DNA of 64,000 nucleotides from Anthoceros angustus. Taxonomy: Eukaryota; Plantae; Anthocerotophyta. This document shows positions 23,590-37,343 of this stretch, in pieces (positions within the stretch are counted from its first letter, which is position 1; each line of letters begins with the position of its first letter). The stretch lies in contig MU008174.1 in the NCBI GenBank assembly GCA_010909165.1, forward strand, positions 1,161,972 through 1,225,971, written 5' to 3'. Below the pieces are notes generated by a model. The model was given only the letters and a program-made list of their open reading frames with translations, ran no database searches and had not been told where the DNA came from. Both the position numbers and the translations under genes were made by a program.

Positions 23590-23915
23590 ATGGATCCTAT
23601 GCACACTTGGTGATGGAAATGTCATTGATATGCCATATGTTGGCATAATGCCAAAAATTTTAAAGGTTGACTCTGGGTATCAACACCTGGAATGTTTTGA
23701 AGGTCAAGTGGTTCAAACCAGTTTATAATGAAGATGCAAAGGATCGTCGCAAGGGCTTGAAGATAGACACATCCGGAATGCATATAGTGAACCCCAAATC
23801 TTTGTATCCTCTACAAGAGTCCAAGATGAACCCTTTACCCTTGTGTCAGCCAAACTAGATCAGACTTTTCTCTATGACAATCAGATGGTTGTCGAGACTG
23901 GTGCATGAGGAAAAT
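23590..23915 (+). pseudogene. CACTA TnpD C-terminal fragment, DUF4216-like
   Basis: Across frameshifts: YVGI...ILKVD...WNVLKVKWFKPVY...GLKIDTSGMHIVN...DEPFTLVSQ...QTFLYD, matching the YYG-I / KWF / D-G / EPF-LASQ-QVF pattern. Confidence 0.7.
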
Positions 23916-23999
23916 GACTTGTTTTAGAAGGAATAAGTACATTTTGTTAGTGGTTCCAGCTTTAATAGCTTGTCCATGTAACCCATAAACTCTCTTTCA

Positions 24000-24790
24000 C
24001 TTTGATCTCTTGTAAAACGGTTTGTTTAAAACCTTAAAGTTCCTTAGTTAAGAAAAAGAAAGTGTTGTAAAAGGACGCAACATTGCACTAGAAAACTATG
24101 TCCCACGATTTACAACGTGGTTTACAATTGAAACTTTTTTACTGATACTTGTTATAAAAAAGATGAATAATTTTACAACATCTACATTTTACAATGCAAG
24201 TTATAAGGAGAAATCTAAAATATTTAAAATTATAATGACCCTAGTTGTAAAATGGACGTGGCCCTGTACAACATAAACTCTTAACTATGCAAATTACAAC
24301 GCTAAATTAGAGATATTTTAAAAAAATAAAATATTTTGTTGTAAATATACATTCATGTGTTGTAAAAGCAGTGTTGTAAAATCCAAGTTATTGATGTAAA
24401 AAAAGCCCCGTTGTAAAAAGCATATTCTGTGTTGTAAAAGCCATTTTGTTAAACATAGGCCAACGTTGTAAAAGACATCGTGTTATAATTAGAGTAGACA
24501 ACGTTATAAACCTTGAGTTGTAAAACAACCGCTAATATTGCAAATAGATATTGTATTGTAATTATGGCAGCCCGCGTTGTATAAACGCCATGTTGAAAAC
24601 TATAGTATGTTGTAATCTTGCAAACCCTCATTGTAAAAGCTCCTAAAGAGTGTCACGTTGTCAAAATACCCCACATTGTAAAACATCAAACCCATGTTGT
24701 AAAGTGTTAAAATCTGTACAAAAATAATACATGAGCTGAAAACCCACGTTGTAAAATGAACACACGTCTAAAAACCCTCGTCTCTAGTTT
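24000..24790. mobile_element. CACTA-type subterminal repeat array (GTTGTAAAA / TTTACAAC)
   Basis: Dozens of TTGTAAAA motifs in both orientations. CACTAGAAAA at 24086 resembles a CACTA terminus. Lies next to the DUF4216 fragment. Confidence 0.6.
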
Positions 24791-27373
24791 TGAAGGGGTA
24801 GTAAAGTGCTGAGTTTCCCAGCCATTAATGGCTGGGAGAACATGTGTAGCTAGCGGAGGTGCGGACTCCCATTCATCCTCCCCCCTTGCACCAAAGGGCG
24901 TCAGGCCTCCACGCTTGCGCGACACACAAACACCAGCGAATCCACCAAAAGCCTCTGAAAAATGCGTCAGGCTGTGAGGTTAAAATCACTTGGTGCGCCA
25001 GCATTTAATGGAGAATGTGGCGTCGTCACAACAATTGATCCTCGAACGATCCATGCTCCAAGATATCGGGGATAATTATGGAAGACTTGGATCTTGACTG
25101 GTGGCTCCTTCTCCTCCCCGCATAAGAGGTATCTCACCCCGATTCACCTCCCCTCAGATGGACCTCCAAAGACCCCTTTTCGACTAGGAGCGGACCTCAG
25201 CAGAAGGCACTTGAGAACCTTGAACAAACTCGGACTTCTAATAGGCAGGCTACCGGTGTGGCCACATCTAGTCTTGTTTTTGCATTCTACCTCAGAAATA
25301 TTGGAGCCTACCACACTCGCAGCCGCTTTGTCTGGGCCACAAACAGCCGAATGAAAGAAGGCCGTTGATGATGAGTTTCCGTCATTGCAAGAAAACAAGA
25401 TATGGCATCTCTGCGATTTGCCACCCGGCAGGTCCGTAGTCGGCAGCAAGTGGACTTTCAAGATCAAGTTCACAGTTGACACCACCATTGACCGTTACAA
25501 GGCAAGACTTGTGCCACAAGGTTACACTCAACACGCAGGGGACGACTATGATGCAGACAATCATTTCTCCCATATCGTCCAGACTAGTTCACTACGTGTT
25601 ATTCTTGCTTGTGCTACTTTTCATGATTGGGAGGTGGTATAGCTTGACGTCAAGACGGCATTTCTATATGGGAAGGTGCAAGAGGAGATATACATGCGCC
25701 AACCCAAGGTTATGAGGAAAAGAAAGTGTTGTAAAAGGACGCAACATTGCACTAGAAAACTATGTCCCACGATTTACAACGTGGTTTACAATTGAAACTT
25801 TTTGCGATACTTGTTATAAAAAGATGAATAATTTTACAACATCTACATTTTACAATGCAAGTTATAAGGAGAAATCTAAAATATTTAAAATTATAATGAC
25901 CCTAGTTGTAAAATGGGCATGCATACAACATAAACTCTTAACTATGCAAATTACAACGCTAAATTAGAGATATTTTAAAAAAATAAAATATTTTGTTGTA
26001 AATATACATTCATGTGTTGTAAAAGCAGTGTTGTAAAATCCAAGTTATTGATGTAAAAAAAGCCCCGTTGTAAAAAGCATATTCTGTGTTGTAAAAGCCA
26101 TTTTGTTAAACATAGGCCAACGTTGTAAAAGACATCGTGTTATAATTAGAGTAGACAACGTTATAAACCTTGAGTTGTAAAACAACCGCTAATATTGCAA
26201 ATAGATATTGTATTGTAATTATGGCAGCCCGCGTTGTATAAACGCCATGTTGAAAACTATAGTATGTTGTAATCTTGCAAACCCTCATTGTAAAAGCTCC
26301 TAAAGAGTGTCACGTTGTCAAAATACCCCACATTGTAAAACATCAAACCCATGTTGTAAAGTGTTAAAATCTGTACAAAATAATACATGAGCTGAAAACC
26401 ACGTTGTAAAATGAACACACGTCTAAAAACCCTGCTCTAGTTTTGAAGGGTAGTAAGTTGAGTTTCCGCCATTAATGGGAGAGACATCAACAATAGCAGC
26501 GGAGGTGCGGACTCCCATTCATCCTCCCCTTGCACCAAAGGGCGTCAGCCTCCACGCTTGCGACACACAAACACCAAATCCACCAAAGCCTCAAATGCGT
26601 GTTGTGAGGTTAAAATCACTTGGTGCGCCAAAGATTTAATGGAGAATGTGGCGGCAAGACCAATTGATCCTCGAGCGATCCATGCTCCGGTATATCGGGG
26701 ATAATTGCGGAAGACTTGGATCTTGACTTCGGTGGCTCCCTTCTCCTCCCTGCATAAGAGGTATCTCACCCCCCTGATTCACCTCCCCCTGCAGATGGAC
26801 CTCCAGCACTTCGGCACTCGACTAGGGAGCGGACCCTTAGCAGGAAGGCACTTGAGAACCTTGAACAAACTCAGCGGACTTCTAATAGACAGGCTACCAG
26901 TGTGGCCACATCTAGTCTTGTTTTTGCATTCTACCTCAGAAATATTGGAGCCTACCACACTCGCAGCCGCTTTGTCTGGGCCACAAACAGCCGAATGAAA
27001 GAAGGCCGTTGATGATGAGTTTCCGTCATTGCAAGAAAACAAGATATGGCATCTCTGCGATTTGCCACCCGGCAGGTCCGTAGTCGGCAGCAAGTGGACT
27101 TTCAAGATCAAGTTCACAGTTGACACCACCATTGACCGTTACAAGGCAAGACTTGTGCCACAAGGTTACACTCAACACGAGGGGCGACTATGATCACGGA
27201 CAATCATTTCTCCCATATCGTCCGGACTAGTTGTTCACTACGTGTTATTCTTGCTTGTGCTACTTTTCATGATTGGGAGGTGGTATAGCTTGACGTCAAG
27301 ACGGCATTTCTATATGGGAAGGTGCAAGAGGAGATATACATGCGTCAACCCGAAGGTTATGAGGAAAAAGAAA
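24053..27373. repeat. ~1.66 kb tandem duplication (CACTA subterminal array + Copia RT start)
   Basis: 24053-25716 is repeated at 25717-27373, with junction microhomology GAAAAAGAAAG. CACTAGAAAA occurs at 24086 and 25750. Confidence 0.9.
25040..25716 (+). pseudogene. Second Copia family: RT N-terminal fragment (duplicate copy)
   Basis: LPPGRSVVGSKWTFKIK...RYKARLVPQGYTQ. Confidence 0.88.
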
Positions 27374-28290
27374 GCGAACATCTCGTGTGTTTGCTGCAGC
27401 GCAGCATTTATGGCCTCAAGCAATCAGCTCATAATAGGAATGTCTACGTGGACGACTTCCTCTTGCAATTGGCATGTGGATTCTCCAAGTGCCCATTCGA
27501 TGGTAATTTGTACGTTCTCTGGTCGGGGGATGCTCTTGTTATCCTCACCTTATATATGGATGACTGAATCCTTGCGAGCAATGCTGAGCAAGGGTTGCTC
27601 GCTAAGACCATCATCATGCTCAAGTCTAAATTCAGCATGGTTGACTTGGATAATATTCATTATTGCATTGGGATGAAGGTCACTCGTGACCACGCACTTA
27701 GAACCTTGCATCTCACTCAAATGCAGTATATTAAGGACACACTAACTGCTAGAATGCAAACCAGCACCTACCCCGCTCGCCGTCGGGGCACCCTTGTCCT
27801 CTGACCAGGCTCCCAAGACCGATACGGAGTGCAAGTACATGGAGGCCATCCCCATCAAGAAGCAGTTGGGCGCATTAATTAGATTTGCACCATTATGCGT
27901 CCTGATATCGGGCATGCAGTTCGTGTACTTGCTCAACAGCTGGCAAACCTAGGACCCGCACATTGGTCCCTTAAGCAAACTTTGCGCTACCTTAAGAGGA
28001 CTATGGCCTATGGACTCAAATACCATGGACCTCACGCCGGAAATGCAACTCCAGCCTCCTTCCCTCAACTTTCAGCTTATATCGACGTGGATTAGGGGAG
28101 AGACGTGGACTCCAAGAAATCCACATCAAGATATGTTGGCCATGCGCATGAGGATGTTGAAGATAGCCCTCCACTAATCGACAAGGTTCATAACCTCTGG
28201 ACGACATTCCCAAAGAAGATTGGTTTTGTGCACAATGCGCTACATGAGGTGCGTACGTGTATAGTCCTACTAATGATAATGTTTTGACTA
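26700..28290 (+). pseudogene. Second Copia family: RT and truncated RNase H
   Basis: KARLVPQGYTQ, DVKTAFLYG...EEIYMRQPEGY, IYGLKQS, LTLYMDD, RPDIGHAV, AYIDVD, then AGGGGGGGA (PPT-like) at 28307-28315. Confidence 0.9.
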
Positions 28291-28314
28291 AGAGTCTCAC
28301 ATTATCAGGGGGGG

Positions 28315-30672
28315 ATTGGTTTGCACCTATATTTGCATATTAGATTTGTTTTGCTTGGTCGTCTGTTGAGGAAGTGCTCATATGAATGCAAGTGCTTACT
28401 TCGTGCGACATTACTTTCATAGTGTAAATGATAATGCTAAATGTTTATAGGATGATCTTTATAGTCATTTTCTTGTTTGGGGTATATTTATTGGGATTCC
28501 GAGTTAGTCTTGATCAAGAAGCTAATACAAGCCATGAAGGGCGTCTATTACCCATGGCCATCTCGCGCTCTCCAGTATTACTGAGCGTTTCTTAGCAGAT
28601 CAAAGTGAATTAGAAACCAAGTAGCAGGTACCTCTTTCGTGAATAGGAAAATTAAATAGTTATAGCTATATTCTTAGAAAAATAGACTATATGCTCGATA
28701 AATAGATTATTTATAGATAAATTAAATAGTATTCTTAATAAATAGGACAAATAAAGTAAAATAAGATAAGTCTGAAATGAGCTAACACCCAACCAACCTA
28801 CCCACTAAAATTGAATGGCCAAACGCCTAACCAACCCAAATACCTAACCAACCCAAACACGATAAGAAACAAACATCTGACCTTCTTGGCTTGGACCAAG
28901 AGACATCGTGATAGAGAAGTAAACGAGGTCCAATTCCTCTGCTACGAAATCGTGAAACGCACCGTAGCAAAGACAATTTCAAATTTTTCCTAGTTCAAAA
29001 ATCAGAAGCTCAGTTCATAACTTGTCTTCTAGATATGGAGTACAAGAGTGTTGTGAGGAGGCCAAAGCTATGACTCCGAGAGGGATGTGTGAGGAATTTG
29101 CATGTTGTTCTCGTGCGGAGAGTGTGTTTGTGCCATGACGTGCAAGGTACTCCCTTCTATTGTTATTGGTTTGCACCTATATTTGCATATTAAATTTGTT
29201 TTGCTTGGTTGTCTGTTGAGGAAGTGCTCATATGAAAGCAAGTGCTTACTTCGTGTGATATTACTTTCATAGTGTAAATGATAATGCTAAATGTTTATAG
29301 GATGATCTTTATGGTCATTTTCTTGTTTGGGGTATATTTATTGGGATTCCGAGTTAGTCTTGATCAAGAAGCTAATACAAGCCATGAAGGTCGACACAGA
29401 GCGCATGGCCATCTCGCTTTGTGTTACAAACGTCGTTTCTTAGCCGATCCAAACCGATTTATAAGTAGCATTCTTTCGTGAATAGGAAAATTAAATAGTT
29501 ATAGCTATATTCTTAGAAAATAGACTATATGCTCAAGAATAGATTATTTATAGATAAATTAAATAGTATTCTTAATAAATAGGACAAATAAAGTAAAATA
29601 AGATAAGTCAGAGAAATGCATATCTTAAACCAACCTACCCACTAAAATTGAATGGCCAAATAACCAACCCAAATAACCAACCCAAACACCGACAAGAACA
29701 AACATCAGACGCATTCTTGGCTTGGACCAAGAGAATCGTGATAGAGAAGTAAACGAGGTCCAATTCCTGCTGTGAAACGCCGTAGCAAGACAATTTCATA
29801 GTTCAAAAATCAAGCTTTCATAACTTGTCTTCTAGATATGGAGTACAAGAGTGTTGTGAGGAGGCCAAAGCTATGACTCCGAGAGGGATGTGTGAGGAAT
29901 TTGCATGTTGTTCTCGTGCGGAGAGTGTGTTTGTGCCATGACGTGCAAGGTACTCCCTTCTATTGTTATTGGTTTGCACCTATATTTGCATATTAAATTT
30001 GTTTTGCTTGGTTGTCTGTTGAGGAAGTGCTCATATGAAAGCAAGTGCTTACTTCGTGCGATATTACTTTCATAGTGTAAATGATAATGCTAAATGTTTA
30101 TAGGATGATCTTTATGGTCATTTTCTTGTTTGGGGTATATTTATTGGGATTCCGAGCTAGTCTTGATCAAGAAGCTAATACAAGCCATGAAGGCGTCTGA
30201 GCAGACCCATGGCCATCTCGCGCTCTCGGTGTTAAACGGCAGGCTTAGCCGATCCAAACCGAACGGGGAACCAAGTAGCGGTACCTCTTCCGTGAATAAG
30301 AAAATTAAATAGTTATAGCTATATTCTTAGAAAATAGACTATATGCTAAATAGATTATTTATAGATAAATTAAATAGTATTCTTAATAAATAGGACAAAT
30401 AAAGTAAAATAAGATAAGTCTCAGAGAAATGAGCGGGTAACATCCAACCAACCTACCCACCAAAATTGAATGGTCAAACGCCTAACCAACGAAATACCTA
30501 ACCAACCCAAACACCGATAAGAAACAAACACCAGACGCCTTCTTGGCTTGGACCAAGAGATCGCATGTACCAAGGATAGAGAAGTAAACGAGGTCCAATT
30601 CCTATGCTACAAAATTAAACGCGCCGTAGAAAGCAAAGACAATTTCAAATTTTTCCTGGTTCAAAAATCAGC
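28315..30672. repeat. ~800-850 bp unit in three tandem copies, possibly LTR-derived
   Basis: ATTGGTTTGCACCTATATTTGC at 28315, 29165 and 29968. The first copy begins right after a Copia PPT. Confidence 0.85.
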
Positions 30673-32276
30673 AGTTACTCAGCGAACATTTTTCGATGAT
30701 GATAACTTTTCTTTGTTCATACATATTGCAATATTTTGATCAATAGGTCCTGATCCACATCGAGTTTGATGCAAGACATATGAATGTGCTTTCCATAGTT
30801 CAATTCCTTCCATACAATCTCATCTTCGTGAATCTTAATAGTAACCCATCTAGCTTTTGTCAAGTAGTACAATACTTTCTACAAGAGAGGAAAAATACCA
30901 ATCTAGTATCATACCAGGATGGTTCAACAGATATCGCCAAATATTTAATTTTTGAAAAATAAGATTAAACATAAATATTCATATTTTGAAAATTTTAATA
31001 TTTGTGAAAAATAATTTTAATCAAATTTCAAAATTTATTAAAATACATAGGTATCTACATATATAGAACTAATGGATATGTATAGACCTCCCTAAACAAA
31101 GCTAATTTTTCACAAAACCCTAGTTTCCTTGTTTTCAGATCTTAAACTCATAAATTTTTACATATTCAGCATTTTACATATTCAGCATTTTAAGTATAAT
31201 AATTTCTGGATTTTTAATTTCTACTAATTTTAATTAATTAATGCCCAATCACTGCTCGGGGTCCGGTAGTCTACAAGTACGTTAGGTTTTAAAAGAATAG
31301 TTCATGTATCTTTGCAGATAAGGACGAAAGTACCGGAGCTAAGACAATGTACATTTATGATCCACCCAAAGTTTAGGTGGATTCTTTTCTTTTTAAGTTA
31401 ACTCTAGAATGACGAGGGGCTTTCCTGCCATGTTTTTGCTCAAATATTAATTGTATTTTTGGAGGGCATGTTAATTTTTAATTTTTCTACTAATATTATA
31501 ATTACGAGCGATGTCATTGGCTTCAAAATGTACGCTCACAAATATGAGGCAGATAAGTGCCCGGTTCTAAGTAACCCTACATGAACTCATCTATCGGAAT
31601 CTCGAGGCATAGGTTGGATTTTGAGGTATTTATTTTAAAATTGTTTTTTAAAACATGATATCGAAGGACCATGTGATCGGAATATATGCTCAAGGTCTGT
31701 AAGTTCAAAATATAAGTGAACATAAATGTATGGAGTGATATGTATCAAAGGCTCGTTTTGAGTAGATTAATATTCTGGATTAAAATGAAATATATTAACA
31801 TATTTAATAAAATTATTATTTCGTGGATCTCGTCTTCTTGAGCCTTAATTGAGACGTTGTAGTTTCCTTTGTGGAGTCGTCAGGTCAATCAACTCTAACA
31901 GCTGTCATTGTTAGAGTCGATCGAGTAAGAAAGCTACCAGGTTCCGAAGAGAGCGCGATAGGGATCTTTTGTAGAAGATCCTCAAACGACGTACCCAATC
32001 CAAGAGGTGTGAACGGACACCACGAATCGTGAGGGAGAGAATGAAAGAAAGAAATTAGAATTACAGGAGCAGAAAGATGCTAACAAAACGGCCTGATGCT
32101 ACTTATCAGCAGCTGCCCAGAGTGTGTGCGCAAGACATGACGGCAGCCAGCTGAAGCCTGCACTGTAGAGTGTAGAGGACATCTATTCCTATGACCTATC
32201 AATGTGGGTAGAGGATATCTATGAGCATGACTTATCATCGTGGGTAGAGATATCATCTACATATTCCAAAGACTTA

Positions 32277-32985
32277 TCAATGTGGGTAGAAGGCCTCCTG
32301 CTTCTTCTCGAGGGCCTTTACATGCTTGGCATTGATGCCAAACGTTTGTGACAAAACATCCACAGGAATGCCGAGGTGAAGAGGGCAGGGGCGAAGTTGG
32401 AAGCCGGAGAGTACTGCGTGTTGAGAGCTGAGATGACCCAGGACGCACCATCTGCTAAATTCTTCATGAAGATCAAGGATCCCCTCAGGAACACGAACAC
32501 TTCACCCTGCTTCAGAACAGTGCTGTAGAGCTTGTTGGCTTGGGACGGCACGAATCCCACCTCCAGCTCGCCTTCCACCAGGTAGATGATCTCGGTGGCC
32601 CTGGCGTGGTGGTGCGGCGGGTTGAGCCCACCCTTAGCGAAGTCGATCCTCTGCAAAGCGATGCCGAGGGTGTTCAGCCCAGGGAACACGTTCACGAATC
32701 CGCTGGTGACCACTGCTCCAAGAGGGTGCTTGCTGGTGTCGCCGGTGTAACCAGGCCGGAGAACTTGAAGTCCTCGGCAGTCGTGTCGGCCACGGACTTG
32801 CAAGGGAATCCATTGATGTGGGGGTTTGGATTGCTAGTGTCCTTGGCGACGCAGAAATCCTGCAACGGGTCGGCGTCGTTCGCCAGGATGAAGCCCGGCG
32901 CAGACGCAAGGAACAAGAGCACAGCAGCTGCCACCATCACCGTGACCTGCACCCCTGTTCCTGATTGCTTCGTGTGTGCCGCCAT
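32277..32985 (-). CDS. GLP: Germin-like protein G5 (type A); indel-broken
   Basis: ORFs 32692-32991 and 32318-32803 give MAAHTKQ...QDFCVA...NGFPCK...NPPHHHARATE...RGSLIFMKN. Confidence 0.93.
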
Positions 32986-34785
32986 CTCCAAAGGCCTTAG
33001 AACCTTCCACAGCTGCCTTGCAAAACGGGTATACGCAATAGGCTGACGAAGAGCCCAACAAATGAACTGTGGAGAGCGTCTGACAGGCCTTCAACGTGAT
33101 TGAGCACTACTCCACTTCGATTGAAAGTGCGATTGCTGTTGCTGATGAGACCGGAAAGACAGAAGTTGTGAGCAAGCCTGAATGTGTGAAGCAGCTAAAG
33201 CTTGTTGACATGCTCGGCTCTGGCTACCTGCTTTATAGTGGCCCCATTTGCTCAAAGACGCGTCTGCAGTTGCCGTCAACGTCCCAGCCTCCAGGTGCTT
33301 CACTAAAGAACTCATATCTTCAACGACTTGCGCCAGCTGCAGTCAAGTCAAGCTGGACACGCCATCTTTCCGACATTTGACTCCTCCAGGATGCATGCTA
33401 CTCCCAGGCCCAACGGGCCCACAGTCCCCACCTGGGGCCTACTATGCACGCAACGAAGGACTGGTGTCAGCATCCCACGGAGAGCCTGACAGGACATACA
33501 GCACACGAATCCGGTAACTGCAATTGTTTAGTAGAGACTAGAGTCCGTAATCATGTTGGCAACATCATATCCACATAGCTACAGGCTACAACCCGTCGTT
33601 GAGAATAGAGACTTTATTATGAAAAAAGATTGGAAAAACCCATCCACCGAGACAAAGGAAACAACCCTTAGGAGAGTACAAGACCATAGCACTAACCCCG
33701 TTGTGGCCGATCTTGTAGCTACCGACCGCGCCAAGAATATCAAAATCGGGGATAGGAATCTTCAAGATGTACATGTTTCAGCTTCATTGTGCAAGCTTGC
33801 CTCCCATTGGCAACGATATCGCATGCATTCAGCTATTGGAAGCAGCCAATTGAAGACCCTTGTTACATGTGTGAAGTTGACCCATTTCATACGATATCTG
33901 CATCCGGTGCTGAAATTCCGACCAGATGCGGTATCCTCGTCGAATGCCCCAGATTCTACTAATCTGATGACTTTTGCATCGAAGGTGGATTGGCTCCATC
34001 CCGCATCCACTCTACCCATAGAAGGTTTGTGGCTACAGGCTACAGCTGCCCGCAGGAAGCATCCTTGGTGTTACAACGCGAAGGTGTGCAGGAAGCTGCC
34101 TGAGGTCACGAATGTCGTGTATTTGACTCCTTGCATTATTTTGCATAATTTTGAAAGTCTGCTGCCAATGCGTACCCGATCATAAACGACAACAAACAAG
34201 GTGGCCTCCGCTAACGTGTGTGGAGAGTGTCTTTCCTTTCTTAAGAATCGGCTGTTCTTGCACATCTCTTGGTCATGTGATCACATGTGAACCATTCCTA
34301 GATTGTTTGGCTACTATGCCTAGTTTTGTTTGTAGTGGAACTTTACGGAAGGATCTGAGTACGGTTGTGATGAGAAGCCGTTCCAGAATACCAAATCATG
34401 AGATGCTTGGTGTATACTGCTTGCTTCCAGGAGGCCATGTGCAAGGTAGTTATAGTACATGGAAAGAACATGATGTGCAAAAAGCGCTGGAATTGCAGTA
34501 CTGCACGGGTAGGTTGACAACTGGTACATTTGCGCTGAGAGAGTCCTGTACCGGTGGAGACCGAACGAGGCTTTGGATGCGTGTGCCATCGACGCAACTT
34601 GATACACCAAATTGAAGAATTGGAAATCATATTTGTATTGGAACGATGAGCCACAACGACATCCATTGCTCTCACGAGGAGCTCGGTAGAATTCACTAGA
34701 GAACGACATCCACACATTTGCCGCAGCTTCCTACAAGCCTCAGGACGTGCACAGAGTATCGAAAAACATGTTACAGATAGCTATA

Positions 34786-35472
34786 TCAATGTGGGTAGAA
34801 GGCCTCCTGTGTCTTCTCGAGGGACTTCACGTACTTGGCACCCACGCCAAACGTTTGTGACAGAACATCCACAGGGATGCCCGGTGAAGAGGGCCGGGGC
34901 GAAGTTGGAAGCCGGAGAGTACTGCGTGTTGAGAGCTGAGATGACCCAGGACGCACCATCTGCCAAATTCTTCATGAAGATCAAGGAACCCCTTGGGAAC
35001 ACAAACACCTCACCCTTCTTCAGCACGGTGGTGTAGAGCTTGTAGGCTTGGGACGGCACGAACCCCACCTCCAGCTCGCCTTCCACCAGGTAGATGATCT
35101 CCGTGGCCCTGGCGTGGTGGTGCGGTGGGTTGAGCCCACCCTTAGCGAAGTCGATCCGCTGTAAAGCGATGCCGAGCGTGTTGAGCCCCAGGAATACGTT
35201 CACGAATCCGCTGGTGACAACTGCTCCAAGAGGGTGCTTGCTGGTGTCGCCGGGTGTAACCAGGCCGGAGAACTTGAAGTCCTCGGCAGTCGTGTCGGCC
35301 ACGGACTTGCACGGGAATCCATTGATGTGGGGTTGGGGTTGCTGGTGTCCTTGGCGACGCAGAAATCCTGCAACGGGTCGGCGTCGTTCGCCAGGATGAA
35401 ACCCGGCGTAGAAGCAAGGAAGCAGAGCACAGCAGCTGCCGCCACCACCGTGATCTGGACCCTCGTTGCCAT
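34786..35472 (-). CDS. GLP: Germin-like protein G6 (type B); indel-broken
   Basis: ORF 34781-35302 carries the cupin core. Signal peptide lies in ORF 35200-35565. Confidence 0.93.
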
Positions 35473-37343
35473 CTCCAACCTTGCTGGTGGAGAAACAAGT
35501 TCCAACTCTGCAAGTTCACGTCCGAATTCTAAGCTGGTGCTAGCGATGTGTGCAATCCACACCACTCACACCACCAATTCCTCCGACTAAATGAAAGCCG
35601 ATGGGCACTTCTACTGATGCAGGCCGTCAGCCTTGGCAGTGAAGATGTGAACTGCAACCTTCTGGTGTCGATCAAAGGCAGATGTTGCCCAGCTCGATTG
35701 AAAGAAAGAAGAATATTTGCTGAGAACTGCTGAGAACTCCTGATGAGATAGATGAGATATGGAGATCAGGAGGCAGCCTGCAGCTATATATGTGATCATG
35801 GCCCTCAGGAGCGTTTGGAGCGTTTGAACTTTGCAGACTCTGCACATGAGGTCAACTGAGTGCGGAAGGCACTCACTGCATCGTCATCGTTGCGCCGGCC
35901 TCTGTCAACGACTGGAGTCAAGCCTGACATGTCTTCAAGACTGACTAGTTTAATAAAACCACAGGCGGCGCAAGGCAGAGCCCACCCCTGCACCATGACC
36001 GACAAGAAGAGCCATAAAAAAATTCATCAGAGGAGTATGAACAGTACTGTACACTGCGTATACGTCAGCATCCTACTGATCTGACATAGATCTGCATTCC
36101 CATTACCCTAACGAATTCATAACCAAGTGATCAGATCCGCTTTGAGGCATTAGAAGATCCATCCATGAATCTACTTGAAGCACGCAATCACCGACTGCAA
36201 GTGGCTGCATTTGTCTACTTATAGCCCGAATCATACGACATCAAGAGGCTAGAGCCTGCCTGTAGTAAATTATGATTTCTGGTCTCATGAGATTTCAGGC
36301 AGCTCGGGATCGATCATGATTCTCCTGATCAGATCTACTGGGTATACCCATGATGCATACAATGTAATGTATGTAAGCTTTCAAATGTAATACATGAAGC
36401 TGTGGAGGAAGCAGCGCCGTTGAATTGACGCTATTGGGGGTCATTCCTGGTCGCGCACATCACCTGCTCATGCATTAGAATACGATGAAGAGCTACGTGG
36501 CTGCCGTGGCAGGTTCCACAAAGAGCAAGCAATTTGCAAAGGTGCCGGCTGTGCCGTCCATCGGTCCCGAGCTCGTCCCATAGATCTTTCCATGGGCTTT
36601 GTGTACATTTGCTCCAATTATGATTTTTCTCTGAAAAGGCCATCTTCAAAACCAGTTTAAAAATTCATGGTAGTGGATACATCACAACGACATGAGATTC
36701 GAATACATGAATATTAGGAGGTACTTGTCATGGATATCCTCCAGTGGGTGCTTAGTCATATTGATGGTCCTCTTCAAGTACTTCGGATCTTGGTGGTGGA
36801 TGGTAACCAAGGTTTGTAATCACCACACCAGCACCTAATCGTATGCTCTCCAATCCCTCCTTTTTATCCAATGCTTGAGATGCCTTCCACAAACCTTTTC
36901 AGGTTTGCTATTCCACTATAGCTGCAAATCTCTCTCTTGCCGACCACTCTGCCTGTGAAGTTGGACTTCGAGATCAAGTTAACGCTACCCATAATTCACT
37001 CTCATCAGCCTAAGGACTCATCGCATGCTGTTCATAGGTATCATGAAGAGAACGAGATTGTTAACGACACGAGATAGGAAGGAGGAGAATTTGAAGGGCA
37101 TAACCTTCGGGCTACGTAAGCTTATTTTCAGAGTAAACAAACACTAGTACACACAATAGGACAGCTTCTGTTTTCTATTTATGTATAATGTGCTTTGTCG
37201 GAGTGGAGTTCATGTACTAGCAATGTTCAGAGGCTATGGGGGTGGAGGTGATCTCTTTAAGGGACCCTCCAGCATATGTGACAAAACAGAGTACATTTGT
37301 AGTAAACAAAACTGGGCATGATAGGTAGGAGGAATTCCAAATT

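Noticed and set aside
24449-24631. 60 aa ORF identical at 26106-26288
   Set aside because: Falls in the AT-rich repeat array and its local duplicate.
30680-32170. AT-rich unique stretch as a Helitron or MITE; AAACCCTA telo-box near 31116
   Set aside because: No TIR pair or convincing hairpin-CTRR end, and a single short motif is expected by chance.
32540-33046. Plus-strand ORFs over germin genes (also 16195-16695, 13592-13867, 18310-18651)
   Set aside because: Antisense shadows of GC-rich coding sequence.
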